A stretch of 64,000 bases of DNA, from positions 806,001 through 870,000 of the forward strand of contig NZ_JMCB01000003.1 in assembly GCF_000737315.1 (NCBI RefSeq), in the 5' to 3' direction. A program made the position numbers and the translations under genes. Below, piece after piece: positions 18,207-27,662 of the stretch. How positions within the stretch are numbered: position 1 is the stretch's first letter; each line of letters starts with the position of its first letter. The notes below the pieces were generated by a model. It searched no databases, was not told the origin of the DNA, and worked only from the letters and a program-made list of their open reading frames with translations. The stretch is from Hyalangium minutum (GTDB lineage Bacteria > Myxococcota > Myxococcia > Myxococcales > Myxococcaceae).

Positions 18207-19703
18207 ATGATGAAGATCACCGCCCGACTGCTCCTGCCCACCTTGCTGCTCGGCGCCACCGTGGCACTCGCGGCTGAGACTCCCACCCCTGCCCCCACCC
18301 AGGACCCGGCCGCCGAGGATGTGAAGACCATCACCGTGGCCTTCCGTGGCCCGCTCCGGGACGCGATCAAGCGCATCGCCGAGGATGGCGGCATCAATGT
18401 CGTGGCCACCGGCGAGCTGGATACCGCGGTGGAGGTGCACCTCAAGGGCGTCACCGCTGAGCAGGCGCTGCGCACCATCGCTCGGACGTACTCGCTGCGC
18501 CTGGATCAGGATGGCTCCATCTTCACGCTGCGCCCCATGACGGCAGCGGAGAAGGAGGCGGCCAGCGCGGGTACGGCTGCCGCCACGCCTGCCCCAAGCC
18601 CGGGGCCTGGGCCGATGGATGTGCCGCCCGTGCCGCCCATGCCTCCTGTGGCCGTGGCGCCGCTCGCGCCGCCCGCGCCGCCCGCGCCGCCTTCGGTGTC
18701 GGAGGATGCAGAGGAAGAGATGGACACCAGCGAGATCCGGGATCGGGTTCGGCGGGAGGTTCGCAAGACGCAGCGCCGGAACAAGGGCGAGCGGGACGTG
18801 GTGGCCCGAGGCCACTCGCTGGAGGTGAAGGAGAACGACAGCGTGCACAACGCCGTGGTCTACGGCGGCAACCTCGTGGTGAAGGGGCACGTCGAAGAGA
18901 CCGCGGTGGCCTTCAGCGGCAATCTGGACGTCTACGGCACCATCGAAGGCGATGCGAGCGCCTTCAACGGCAACGTCGTGTTGCACCCGGGCTCGGCGGT
19001 GATGGGCAACGTTTCGGCTATCGGCGGGACTGTGGTCCGCAATGATGACGCGCACGTGGAGGGCGCCATCGAGTCCTTCGGCGGCGGCAACGTGGGCAAG
19101 GTCGTCGCGGGCCAGGTGAAGGACACGCTCAAGAAGGAGTTCCGCAAGAAGGACAAGCATGCGGACTCCGACGACGAGCAGGAGGAAGAGGAGGATCGCA
19201 ACGGAGGCGGTCTGCCGTGGTTCTTCATCAAGTTCGCCGCGCTCTTCGGGCTCGGCTTCCTGGGGCAGCTCTTCTTCCCCACGCGCATGAAGGAGCTGTC
19301 GACGGAGCTCAAGGCCCAGCCCATGAAGAGCGCGCTGGTGGGCTTCCTGGGCGCCGTGGCGCTGGTGCCCATCACCCTGGTGCTGACGATCACCATCATC
19401 GGCATCCCGGTGGCGGCGGCCCTGGTGCTGGTGGCGGCGCTGGCGGCCATCCTCGGGTTCACCGCGGTGGCGAGTGAGATTGGCTTGAAGGTGCCGGTGA
19501 TGAGGGGCCGGAAGACGCAGGCGGTGGTGCTGGCGCTGGGACTGCTCATCCTCCTGACCCTGACTTCGCTGCCCGTGCTCGGCTGGCTGGTGGCGATTCC
19601 GACGGCGCTGATGGGCTTCGGGGCCGCGCTCCTCACCCGGTTCGGCAATCGGCTCCGTGGCTTCCCAGAGCCGCTGTCGTCCCGCGACACCCTCGGGGTC
19701 TGA
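18207..19703 (+). CDS. Signal peptide + STN-like domain + polymer-forming (bactofilin-like) beta-helix + multi-TM membrane protein
   Basis: Signal peptide; ITVAFRGPLRDAIKRIAEDGGINVV...VHLKGVTAEQALRTIA (STN/secretin-N-like); GNLVVKGHV/GNLDVYGTIEGD/GNVVL repeats; about 5 C-terminal TM segments. Confidence 0.8.
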   Translation: MMKITARLLLPTLLLGATVALAAETPTPAPTQDPAAEDVKTITVAFRGPLRDAIKRIAEDGGINVVATGELDTAVEVHLKGVTAEQALRTIARTYSLRLDQDGSIFTLRPMTAAEKEAASAGTAAATPAPSPGPGPMDVPPVPPMPPVAVAPLAPPAPPAPPSVSEDAEEEMDTSEIRDRVRREVRKTQRRNKGERDVVARGHSLEVKENDSVHNAVVYGGNLVVKGHVEETAVAFSGNLDVYGTIEGDASAFNGNVVLHPGSAVMGNVSAIGGTVVRNDDAHVEGAIESFGGGNVGKVVAGQVKDTLKKEFRKKDKHADSDDEQEEEEDRNGGGLPWFFIKFAALFGLGFLGQLFFPTRMKELSTELKAQPMKSALVGFLGAVALVPITLVLTITIIGIPVAAALVLVAALAAILGFTAVASEIGLKVPVMRGRKTQAVVLALGLLILLTLTSLPVLGWLVAIPTALMGFGAALLTRFGNRLRGFPEPLSSRDTLGV

Positions 19704-19728
19704 GAAACACGCTCTGAGCCATAGTCCC

Positions 19729-19770
19729 AAGGGGGGCGGGTCCGCACACCGGACCGCCCCCTTCGTGTTT
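19729..19770 (+). terminator. Probable intrinsic terminator of the ECF operon
   Basis: aaggggggcgggtccg-cacac-cggaccgcccccctt-type stem with bulges, followed by a T-rich run. Confidence 0.5.
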
Positions 19771-19846
19771 TCGGCGCTTGGGCCGCTCGCAGCGCTTGCC
19801 TCAGTGCGACAAACCTCTACGCCTGCTGCAAGAGGAGGAGCCTGCC

Positions 19847-20419
19847 ATGCGCCAGCAACCCGGAAACACCGTGATGGCCAAGGCATTCACGCTCCTGGTG
19901 CTCACGACAATGGTCGGGAGTTGTATCCCCCGAGCCAGAGCCTGGAAGGAGCCAGTCCAGTGGCCGAACGATTACTCCGACAAGAACGTCGTGCCTTTCA
20001 TGGAGGCCGGCGCGGCGCTCGCCGCTGCGGCAGCCGTACGCGAAATGGTGCGGACCAACCCATTTCCACGGCTCTTCGAGGGCTGCTCCAGCCCTGAGCA
20101 GGGACTGGATGTCGCCGTCTATCGTGGCCCCACTGCTGGGCTGTTCTATGTGCTGGTGGATCAGCGCTTTGACCGATGCGGAGGACCTCGCGTCCGCGTG
20201 CTCGATGGGTGGTACGAGTACGCGGTCACTCCGCAAGGCGAGGTCATCGCCGAGAGCCCGGCTTCAGCAGGTGAAGAGACATCGCTACCTCCTGACGCTC
20301 ATCCACCCGCGCCTTCGGACGTGGGGCCTCCTCCTCCCACGCCACCGAACCCACCGGCACCCAGTGTGGATGCTGGCACTGTCACCTCCGCCTCTGCTGC
20401 CGAGGACTCAACTCTCTGA
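19847..20419 (+). CDS. Hypothetical exported/lipoprotein with Pro-rich tail
   Basis: Strong SD gaggaggag before ATG 19847; hydrophobic segment ending VGSC; two further Cys (EGC, DRCG). Confidence 0.65.
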   Translation: MRQQPGNTVMAKAFTLLVLTTMVGSCIPRARAWKEPVQWPNDYSDKNVVPFMEAGAALAAAAAVREMVRTNPFPRLFEGCSSPEQGLDVAVYRGPTAGLFYVLVDQRFDRCGGPRVRVLDGWYEYAVTPQGEVIAESPASAGEETSLPPDAHPPAPSDVGPPPPTPPNPPAPSVDAGTVTSASAAEDSTL

Positions 20420-20436
20420 CCCAGGAAACGGCTGCG

Positions 20437-20805
20437 TCAGGGGTTCGTCATCACCTCGAAGAGGTGGCCGTTGGGGTCCACAAAGTAGAGGCCCTGAGCC
20501 GCAAGCGGGTGGCTCGTCTTCAGATTGTCCGGCGTTCGCGGATCGTCCCCGTAGGGGATGCTCTTCGCCTGGAGGCGGCGGAGAATGCCCGCGAACTCCG
20601 CATCGTCGACTCGGAAGGCCAGGTGGTGGCCCTCAATGGGCTGCTCCGAGCGGATGAAGTCGAGCGTGAGTGCGCTGTTCACCCGCACCGGGGCGAAGTG
20701 CCGGTCGGGCCCCTCGTACCTCAGGCCCATCACCTCGGCGAAGAAGCGCGCCGAGCCCTCATGGTCTCGTGCCGGCAAGACCGTATGATCCAAAACGATC
20801 GCCAC
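20437..20805 (-). CDS. VOC (glyoxalase/bleomycin resistance) family protein
   Basis: GTG at 20805 with SD GGAGG; LDHTV, HHLAFRV, LYFVDPNGHLFEV. Confidence 0.9.
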   Translation of the reverse strand: MAIVLDHTVLPARDHEGSARFFAEVMGLRYEGPDRHFAPVRVNSALTLDFIRSEQPIEGHHLAFRVDDAEFAGILRRLQAKSIPYGDDPRTPDNLKTSHPLAAQGLYFVDPNGHLFEVMTNP

Positions 20806-21019
20806 GTCCGCCTCCAAGGCTTGTTGCGAGAGTCCGAGACGCTGTCACGGGCTCGAAATACTGTCAGCTGCGCGCTTCGAGCGAGCGCCTGACGCGCCGC
20901 GCCAGCCCTCCTCGAAGCTGCCGTAGGGCGTGCCATCACCCGGGCTGCTGTCCGCCGGTGACAACTCCTCCCCGTGTCCTTTGACTGCCCCCGGCCGGTA
21001 GGCGAAGTTCTGCGAACCC

Positions 21020-22362
21020 ATGCGACGCATCCCTGATGCCTCTCCCCGCGGCCGCGCCATCACCGTGGACCTCGAGGGCGAAGCCCTCCCCGCCGTCGAG
21101 GGCGAGCCCGTGGCGTGCTCCCTCCTCGCCGCCGGTGAGGACGTCCTCGCCCGCTCCATCAAGTACCACCGGCCCCGTAGCGCCTACTGCTTCGCCGCCG
21201 CCTGCTCTCAATGCCTCATGCGCGTGGACGGCCTGCCCAACGTCTACACCTGCCGCACCCCCGCCCGCGCCGGCATGAAGCTCGAGCGCCAGAACGCCTT
21301 CCCCTCCGCCAAGGTGGACCTCTTCGGCACCATCGACTGGTTCTTCCCTCGGGGCCTCGACCACCACGAGATGTTCGCCGGCGTCCCCGTCGCCGAGCAG
21401 GTCATGGCCAAGGTCACCCGGCAGCTCGCCGGGCTCGGGCTCCTGCCCGCCCAGGAGGCTCCTCCGCGCCTCCCCGCCCGCTCCCTCCGCGCGCGCGTTG
21501 CCATCGTCGGAGGAGGTGCCGCGGGGCTCGGCGCCGCGAAGGTGCTGGCCGAGCGGGGTATCTCTTTTGTCCTCCTCGAGCGCGAGGAGCGCGTGGGCGG
21601 CCGGCTGACCCGGGGCGCGCCGCTGAAGGACGATCCCACCGTTCCGAACGTGGCCTCCTTCCCAAAGGGCAGCGTCCTCACCCGCGCCCACGCCATCGGC
21701 CTCTACAATGATGAGGGAGGGCGCTTCCTGGCCGCCATCGCGATGGAGCCCGAGGGCCTGCGTCTCCTGCAGATCCGCGCGGACCGGTTCCTGCTCGCGC
21801 CCGGTGGCCATCCAGGGCTCCTGCCCTTCGAGAACAATGATCTGCCCGGCGTCTACGCGGGCCGCGCTGCCAGCCTGCTCCTGCGTGAGCACGGCGTCGC
21901 TCCCGAGGCTGCGGCGCTGGTCGGCTGGGGCCCCGAGCTTCATGCCCTGGCCCATCTGATGGAGGCGAACGGCACGAAGGTGGTCGCGGTGGCGGACCTG
22001 CGAGGCCCCTTGCCCCCCGACGCGCACCCCACCGCCTCCGTGGGCAGCGAGCCCAAGGCCCATGGCCTCAAGCGGATCGGAGCCTTCAGCTTCATGCGCG
22101 ACACCGGCAAGCGGAAGAAGGTGGACTGCGACGCGGTGCTCGTCTCGATTCCCACCAGCCCCAGCTTCGAGCTGGCCCGGCAGGGCGGCGCGGCCGTGAG
22201 CTTCGACGCGGACCGAGGCCTCTTCGTGGTGGAGGCCCAGGCGAACGGGAGCACCGCGGCTCCGGATCTGTTCGTCGCGGGAGACATCACCGGTGGTGGA
22301 ACAGCAAAGGAGGCCATGGCCGCGGGTGCCCGCGCCGCCGAGGCGCTCCTGGGAGGTCTGTC

Positions 22363-22366
<4 letters not shown>
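21020..22366 (+). CDS. [2Fe-2S]/FAD oxidoreductase, sarcosine oxidase/proline dehydrogenase alpha-like subunit
   Basis: SIKYHRPRSAYCFAAACSQCLMRVDG...C (Fer2_4); GGGAAGL Rossmann motif; PFENNDLPG; FVAGDITG. Confidence 0.85.
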
Positions 22367-23850
<1,484 letters not shown>

Positions 23851-23863
23851 GCACTACAGGGTT

Positions 23864-23888
23864 CCCCTGTTCTGAACCAGGACAGGGG
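23864..23888 (+). terminator. 11-bp hairpin 14 bp after the oxidoreductase operon
   Basis: cccctgttctg-aac-caggacagggg (one G-T pair); no U-tract. Confidence 0.5.
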
Positions 23889-24074
23889 CGCCCCCTCGCC
23901 CGTCCGAAATGGCAACATCGGCGCGCTTATGGGTAAAAGCAGGAACTCTCAGGGAAAGCAGCCCGGACTGTTCAGGCTCTTTACATTTTGACCCCCCATG
24001 TCAGGGTGTTGGCTTGCTCCAGCCGCTCCTCGCAGGGTTCACCCGTTTCGAGGGATTCCAGGCCTTTACAGTCT

Positions 24075-24090
24075 TGGCACGGGACGTGCT
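24075..24090 (+). promoter_or_regulatory. sigma54 (-24/-12) promoter
   Basis: TGGCACGGGACGTGCT: TGGCACG plus GG-N10-GC exact spacing; predicts +1 near 24101. Confidence 0.7.
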
Positions 24091-24100
24091 CTACACAGGG

Positions 24101-24278
24101 CTCAGATACGTTCAGCCTGGGTGGAATCTCCAGACTGACCTCGAGGACTGGGTGAATCCCCCCACTCTGTCCCGAATCCGCTCCTTCGTTTGGAGCGAGC
24201 AGTGCCCTGGACCGGGTGAATCCCCCCACCCTGTCTTTGCTTCAGGCGGCAGCCTCCTCGGGCTGCCGCTGTTTTTTT
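24101..24278 (+). ncRNA. Candidate sigma54-dependent small RNA with two duplicated AAUCCCCC-loop hairpins
   Basis: Promoter upstream, intrinsic terminator downstream, no credible ORF; four internal hairpins including the 28-nt near-duplicates 24145-24172 and 24209-24236. Confidence 0.72.
24245..24278 (+). terminator. Rho-independent terminator with plus-strand polarity
   Basis: gcggcagcc-tcctcg-ggctgccgc followed by tg and T7 (24272-24278). Confidence 0.85.
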
Positions 24279-24281
24279 GCC

Positions 24282-25151
24282 CTACGCCAGCGACGGATTG
24301 CTCTCCAGCGCCGGGCGCGCGTTCCCGAGCAGAGCAGGCATGTCCGCTCCCGAGGGCTCCTGGAGTCCTCGCCCCACCCACCGACCCAGCGCCCGCCGCA
24401 CCGAGCGCGGAAGGCGGGGCAGCAGCGTCATCACCCAGCGGTGGCCCCAGCCCGGGTACACGAGCGGCTCACTGCGCTCGAAGCCTTCCAGGGCCGCGCG
24501 CGCGCAGCGTTCCACGGACACGTGAAAGAGGGGCGACGCTTCGGCGTGCGCTCCCTCGGCCTGGAGCGCCGCATCCAGCACGGGCCCAGGGGACACCTGC
24601 GTGACGACCACTCCCGAGCCCTCCACCTCCAGGCGCAGGGACTCCAGGAACCCATCCAGGCAGCGGCGAGTGCCGACGTAGGCCGCAGAGCCAGGGAGGA
24701 AGAGCTGGCTCGCGCCCGCGCCGATGCAGAGCAGTCCACCTTGCCCTCGCGCCAACATGGGCCCGAGCAACCTGCGAATGAGGAGCATGGGTGCCACCAC
24801 GTTGACGGTCAGCATCCGCTCGACGCTGCCCCAGCGTTGCTCCACGAAGAGGCCCTGCTCGGACGCGCTGGCCGCGCTCACGAGCACATCCACGGTGATG
24901 AAGTGCCGAGACAGCTCCGAGAGCATGTCCCCCACCTCTCCGGGCCGGGAGATGTCGCACGGGAGCAGCATGATTCCGAGCGTGGGATTGCTCGCGTGCA
25001 GCTCCTCCTGAAGCGCCTTCAGAGGCTCCAAGGCGTGGGACACGAGCACCAGGGTCCGAGCCCGGTGAGCAAGCTGGCGGGCGATCTCTCGTCCCACTCC
25101 GGAGCTGGCCCCGGTGATGAGCACGGTGCCGGAGTCGAGGGGCGGACGCAT
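24282..25151 (-). CDS. SDR family NAD(P)-dependent oxidoreductase
   Basis: ATG at 25151 with SD GGAGGAG; ITGASSGVGRE, CDIS, AYVGTRR (YxxxK-like, degenerate), VSPGPV. Confidence 0.88.
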   Translation of the reverse strand: MRPPLDSGTVLITGASSGVGREIARQLAHRARTLVLVSHALEPLKALQEELHASNPTLGIMLLPCDISRPGEVGDMLSELSRHFITVDVLVSAASASEQGLFVEQRWGSVERMLTVNVVAPMLLIRRLLGPMLARGQGGLLCIGAGASQLFLPGSAAYVGTRRCLDGFLESLRLEVEGSGVVVTQVSPGPVLDAALQAEGAHAEASPLFHVSVERCARAALEGFERSEPLVYPGWGHRWVMTLLPRLPRSVRRALGRWVGRGLQEPSGADMPALLGNARPALESNPSLA

Positions 25152-25425
25152 GAACTCCTCCAGGGGGATGGGTGAGTGGGGCCAAGGGACTCGACCGGAA
25201 AGGTAAGGCCCCCGCCACAGCCGCCGCAGCGCGGCGCCCCCTCCCCAGGAGCAGCGAGGGGAGCAGGCGCACGCAGGATCTGCACCTCCTCGAGAAGGCC
25301 CCGAAAAGTTTGCGCGTGGACACCTCCGCTCCCCCGGATGGCGGTGGCACGCTTCTTCCAAGGATCGGGGTGGCATCCACACATTGAGGGTGCTCAAGAG
25401 CAGCTCCGTACAGGAGGAACGCCTT

Positions 25426-25890
25426 ATGCCCGCGCCGTCTCGCATCCTCGTCCCGGTGGACCTGTCCGATGGTTCCCAGGCGCTCATCGACTACGCCATC
25501 CAGCTCGCCAAGCCCTTCAACGCGACCATCGAAGTGATCCACGCCTGGGAGCCTCCCCAATACGTGGCACCGGATCTGCTCGTGGCCGCGCCCGGGTGGA
25601 ACTCGCAATCGCTCGAGCAGGTCGCCGTCGATGCCGCCACCAAGGAGCTGAACAACCTGGTGTCCAAGGCGTCCGGCACGGCCACTCCCATCAAGCACCG
25701 GGTCGTCGTGGGCGAGGCCGCCTCGACCGTCCTGCGGCTCGCCGAAGAGGGCAAGCACGACCTCATCATCATGGGCACCCATGGCCGCCGCGGGCTGCCG
25801 CGCCTGCTGCTGGGCAGCGTGGCGCAGAAGATCGTCGCTCGGGCCCACTGCCCCGTGCTCACCGTCCACCTCTACGAGGCGGACAAGTAG
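25426..25890 (+). CDS. Universal stress protein
   Basis: SD aggagg; RILVPVDLS; DLIIMGTHGRRGLPRLLLGSVAQKIV. Confidence 0.95.
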   Translation: MPAPSRILVPVDLSDGSQALIDYAIQLAKPFNATIEVIHAWEPPQYVAPDLLVAAPGWNSQSLEQVAVDAATKELNNLVSKASGTATPIKHRVVVGEAASTVLRLAEEGKHDLIIMGTHGRRGLPRLLLGSVAQKIVARAHCPVLTVHLYEADK

Positions 25891-25921
25891 TCCCTGGCAC
25901 CCGGGCGGGGTGGCCCTCCCC

Positions 25922-26989
25922 CTACCCCTGCCCCTGCCCGGACACCGGGGGAGTGGGCGAGCCCGCCGCCGCGCGAGCCCGCCGCGCCTGCGTCAGCGTG
26001 GGGATGCTGAGCACGCCCATGGCGATCATCACCAGCAGCGCGCCCATCAGCTCCCGCGCATCCACGCCCCGCTCCCCCAGCCACACCGACAGCACCGCGG
26101 TGGCCAGCACTCCGGCGAGGATGCTCGAGGCGCGGTTCACCGGCACGGTGAAGGCGTTCTCCCGATGATCCAGCAGGATGAGGCCGCCGAAGATGCCGGT
26201 CCCTTGCGAGAGCAGGCCGATGCTCACCTCTTCCAGCATCCGCCCTCGGACGAAGAAGTCGGTGAAGCCCTGGCGGATGTCCGTCATCACCGAGCCCTCG
26301 CCCACGAGCGCCAGCACCGCCAGCGTGAAGACGATGGCGGGCGTGGCCACCATCTGCTCCTCCACGAAGTAGCGGATGCTCACGGCCGGATCGTCCGACT
26401 TGGCCTGGCGGCTCATAGCGCGCAGCCGGAAGAAATAGGCCAGCAGGTACACCGCCAGATCGAGCCCCGCCGCCAGGGACAGCCGCCAGTCCGCGCCCGG
26501 CCCCGTGGCCACGGCCACCGCCCCCAGGCTCAGCCCGAGCGCCACCCACGAGGGCCACTGCACCCGCCGCTGGCTCACGGCGTCCACGATGGGGGCGATC
26601 ACCAGTACGCCGCCGCGCATCAGCAGCATCATGAAGACGATGGAGGTCCCATCAAAGGTGTACGCCAGCGTCGTCGTGCCGATGATGGCACCCGAGCACA
26701 GCCCGGACAGGAATGTCCATCGCCCAGGGCTCGGCACGCTGAGCCCGAACACCGTCCGGCGGTGGGCGTAGCGCCACCAGCCCTTCACGGTGAGGAACAC
26801 GAACATGCCCACCAGGGAGGCGAGCGTGGTGGCGGGCAACAGCTCGAAGCCCGAGATGCCGCGCGTCATGCCCTGCAGCCAGCCGCTGGAGAGCGCCTTC
26901 GTCAACGCGCTGTAGGGGGCGTAGCAGGCAAAGTATCCGAAGGCATACGCCCAGATGGCCAAGTCACGCCGGTGAGAGGAGGTGTCCAC
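25922..26989 (-). CDS. Polytopic membrane protein, possibly DMT/EamA-like transporter
   Basis: GTG at 26989; about 9-10 hydrophobic segments; family assignment tentative. Confidence 0.65.
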   Translation of the reverse strand: MDTSSHRRDLAIWAYAFGYFACYAPYSALTKALSSGWLQGMTRGISGFELLPATTLASLVGMFVFLTVKGWWRYAHRRTVFGLSVPSPGRWTFLSGLCSGAIIGTTTLAYTFDGTSIVFMMLLMRGGVLVIAPIVDAVSQRRVQWPSWVALGLSLGAVAVATGPGADWRLSLAAGLDLAVYLLAYFFRLRAMSRQAKSDDPAVSIRYFVEEQMVATPAIVFTLAVLALVGEGSVMTDIRQGFTDFFVRGRMLEEVSIGLLSQGTGIFGGLILLDHRENAFTVPVNRASSILAGVLATAVLSVWLGERGVDARELMGALLVMIAMGVLSIPTLTQARRARAAAGSPTPPVSGQGQG

Positions 26990-27054
26990 GCGAGCCCTCG
27001 GGCAGGTGAAACATGATGTTTTGCAAACCCGGTGCCCTCGTCCTCCAGTCTCTC

Positions 27055-27597
27055 TCAAGGCTGCCAGGAGACGTGGACCCGGGCCTCCGGATGTGGGGCC
27101 TCCAGGACCTTCACTTCGATCTGCTTCAAGCCACAGAGCCCGAGTGTCCCGTGCACCATGCCCCTGAAGTAGCTCGGCCGCAGGGCGAAGTTGAACCACA
27201 GCTCGTAGCTCGTCGGCCCGAGCTTCTCCAGCCGCGTCTCGGTGTAGTTGTTGGCGCTCCGGAAGGTACGGCTCATGCGCTCGATGGCGCGGTGCGGGCC
27301 GATGACCCGGAGCAGCCCCTTGAGCGCTTTCCCCATCACCGTCTGCGTGGTGTAGGCCTCGATGAAGGCGCGCCCCACCTCGAAGTCCGCCTCCTGCTCG
27401 GACAGGCGAGGAAACCGCTGGCGGCCAATGAAGCCAATCAGCGAGGAGAAGACCTCCAGCGGGTAGGCAGGCTGAAGCGGCTTGCTCAGGTCGATGCCCA
27501 ACGCGTCCAGCCCCTTGATCTGCTCGGGAGGAATGGGGCGCTCCAGGGTTCGGAGCAAGCTCTCCATGGTGTGATCGAAGATGAGCTTCTCAGGCAC
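27055..27597 (-). CDS. DUF2378 family (Myxococcales-specific) protein
   Basis: LIFDHTMESLL...GIDLSKPLQPAYP...FRSANNYTE...YFRGMVHGTL pattern characteristic of the family. Confidence 0.85.
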   Translation of the reverse strand: MPEKLIFDHTMESLLRTLERPIPPEQIKGLDALGIDLSKPLQPAYPLEVFSSLIGFIGRQRFPRLSEQEADFEVGRAFIEAYTTQTVMGKALKGLLRVIGPHRAIERMSRTFRSANNYTETRLEKLGPTSYELWFNFALRPSYFRGMVHGTLGLCGLKQIEVKVLEAPHPEARVHVSWQP

Positions 27598-27662
27598 GGC
27601 GGCTCCGTATCACGTATCCCTCCCGGGAGGGATGCGCCCGGAGTGAAGCGCTCGCTCCTGAT

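Noticed and set aside
18655-18695. Short tandem repeat (gccgcccgc)n
   Set aside because: Encodes a Pro/Ala linker (APPAPPAPP); ordinary low-complexity coding sequence.
20845-21019. GC3-rich minus-strand stretch (…GDGTPYGSFEEGWRGAS…) as a small gene or pseudogene
   Set aside because: No convincing start/SD, no recognisable homology; it lies in the divergent promoter region.
24145-24236. 28-nt repeat pair as a mini CRISPR array
   Set aside because: Only two copies, no cas genes, and the unit sits inside a promoter-terminator-bounded structured RNA.
24101-24278. Calling the sRNA Pxr
   Set aside because: The nla19-type neighbour is absent and I cannot verify sequence similarity without an Rfam search.
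23909-24604. 231-aa ORF crossing the sRNA region
   Set aside because: No SD, no motifs, runs through a T7 terminator and overlaps the SDR gene antisense.
25345-25360. TGGCACGCTTCTTCC as a sigma54 promoter for the USP gene
   Set aside because: Good -24 element but the -12 dinucleotide is CC, not GC.
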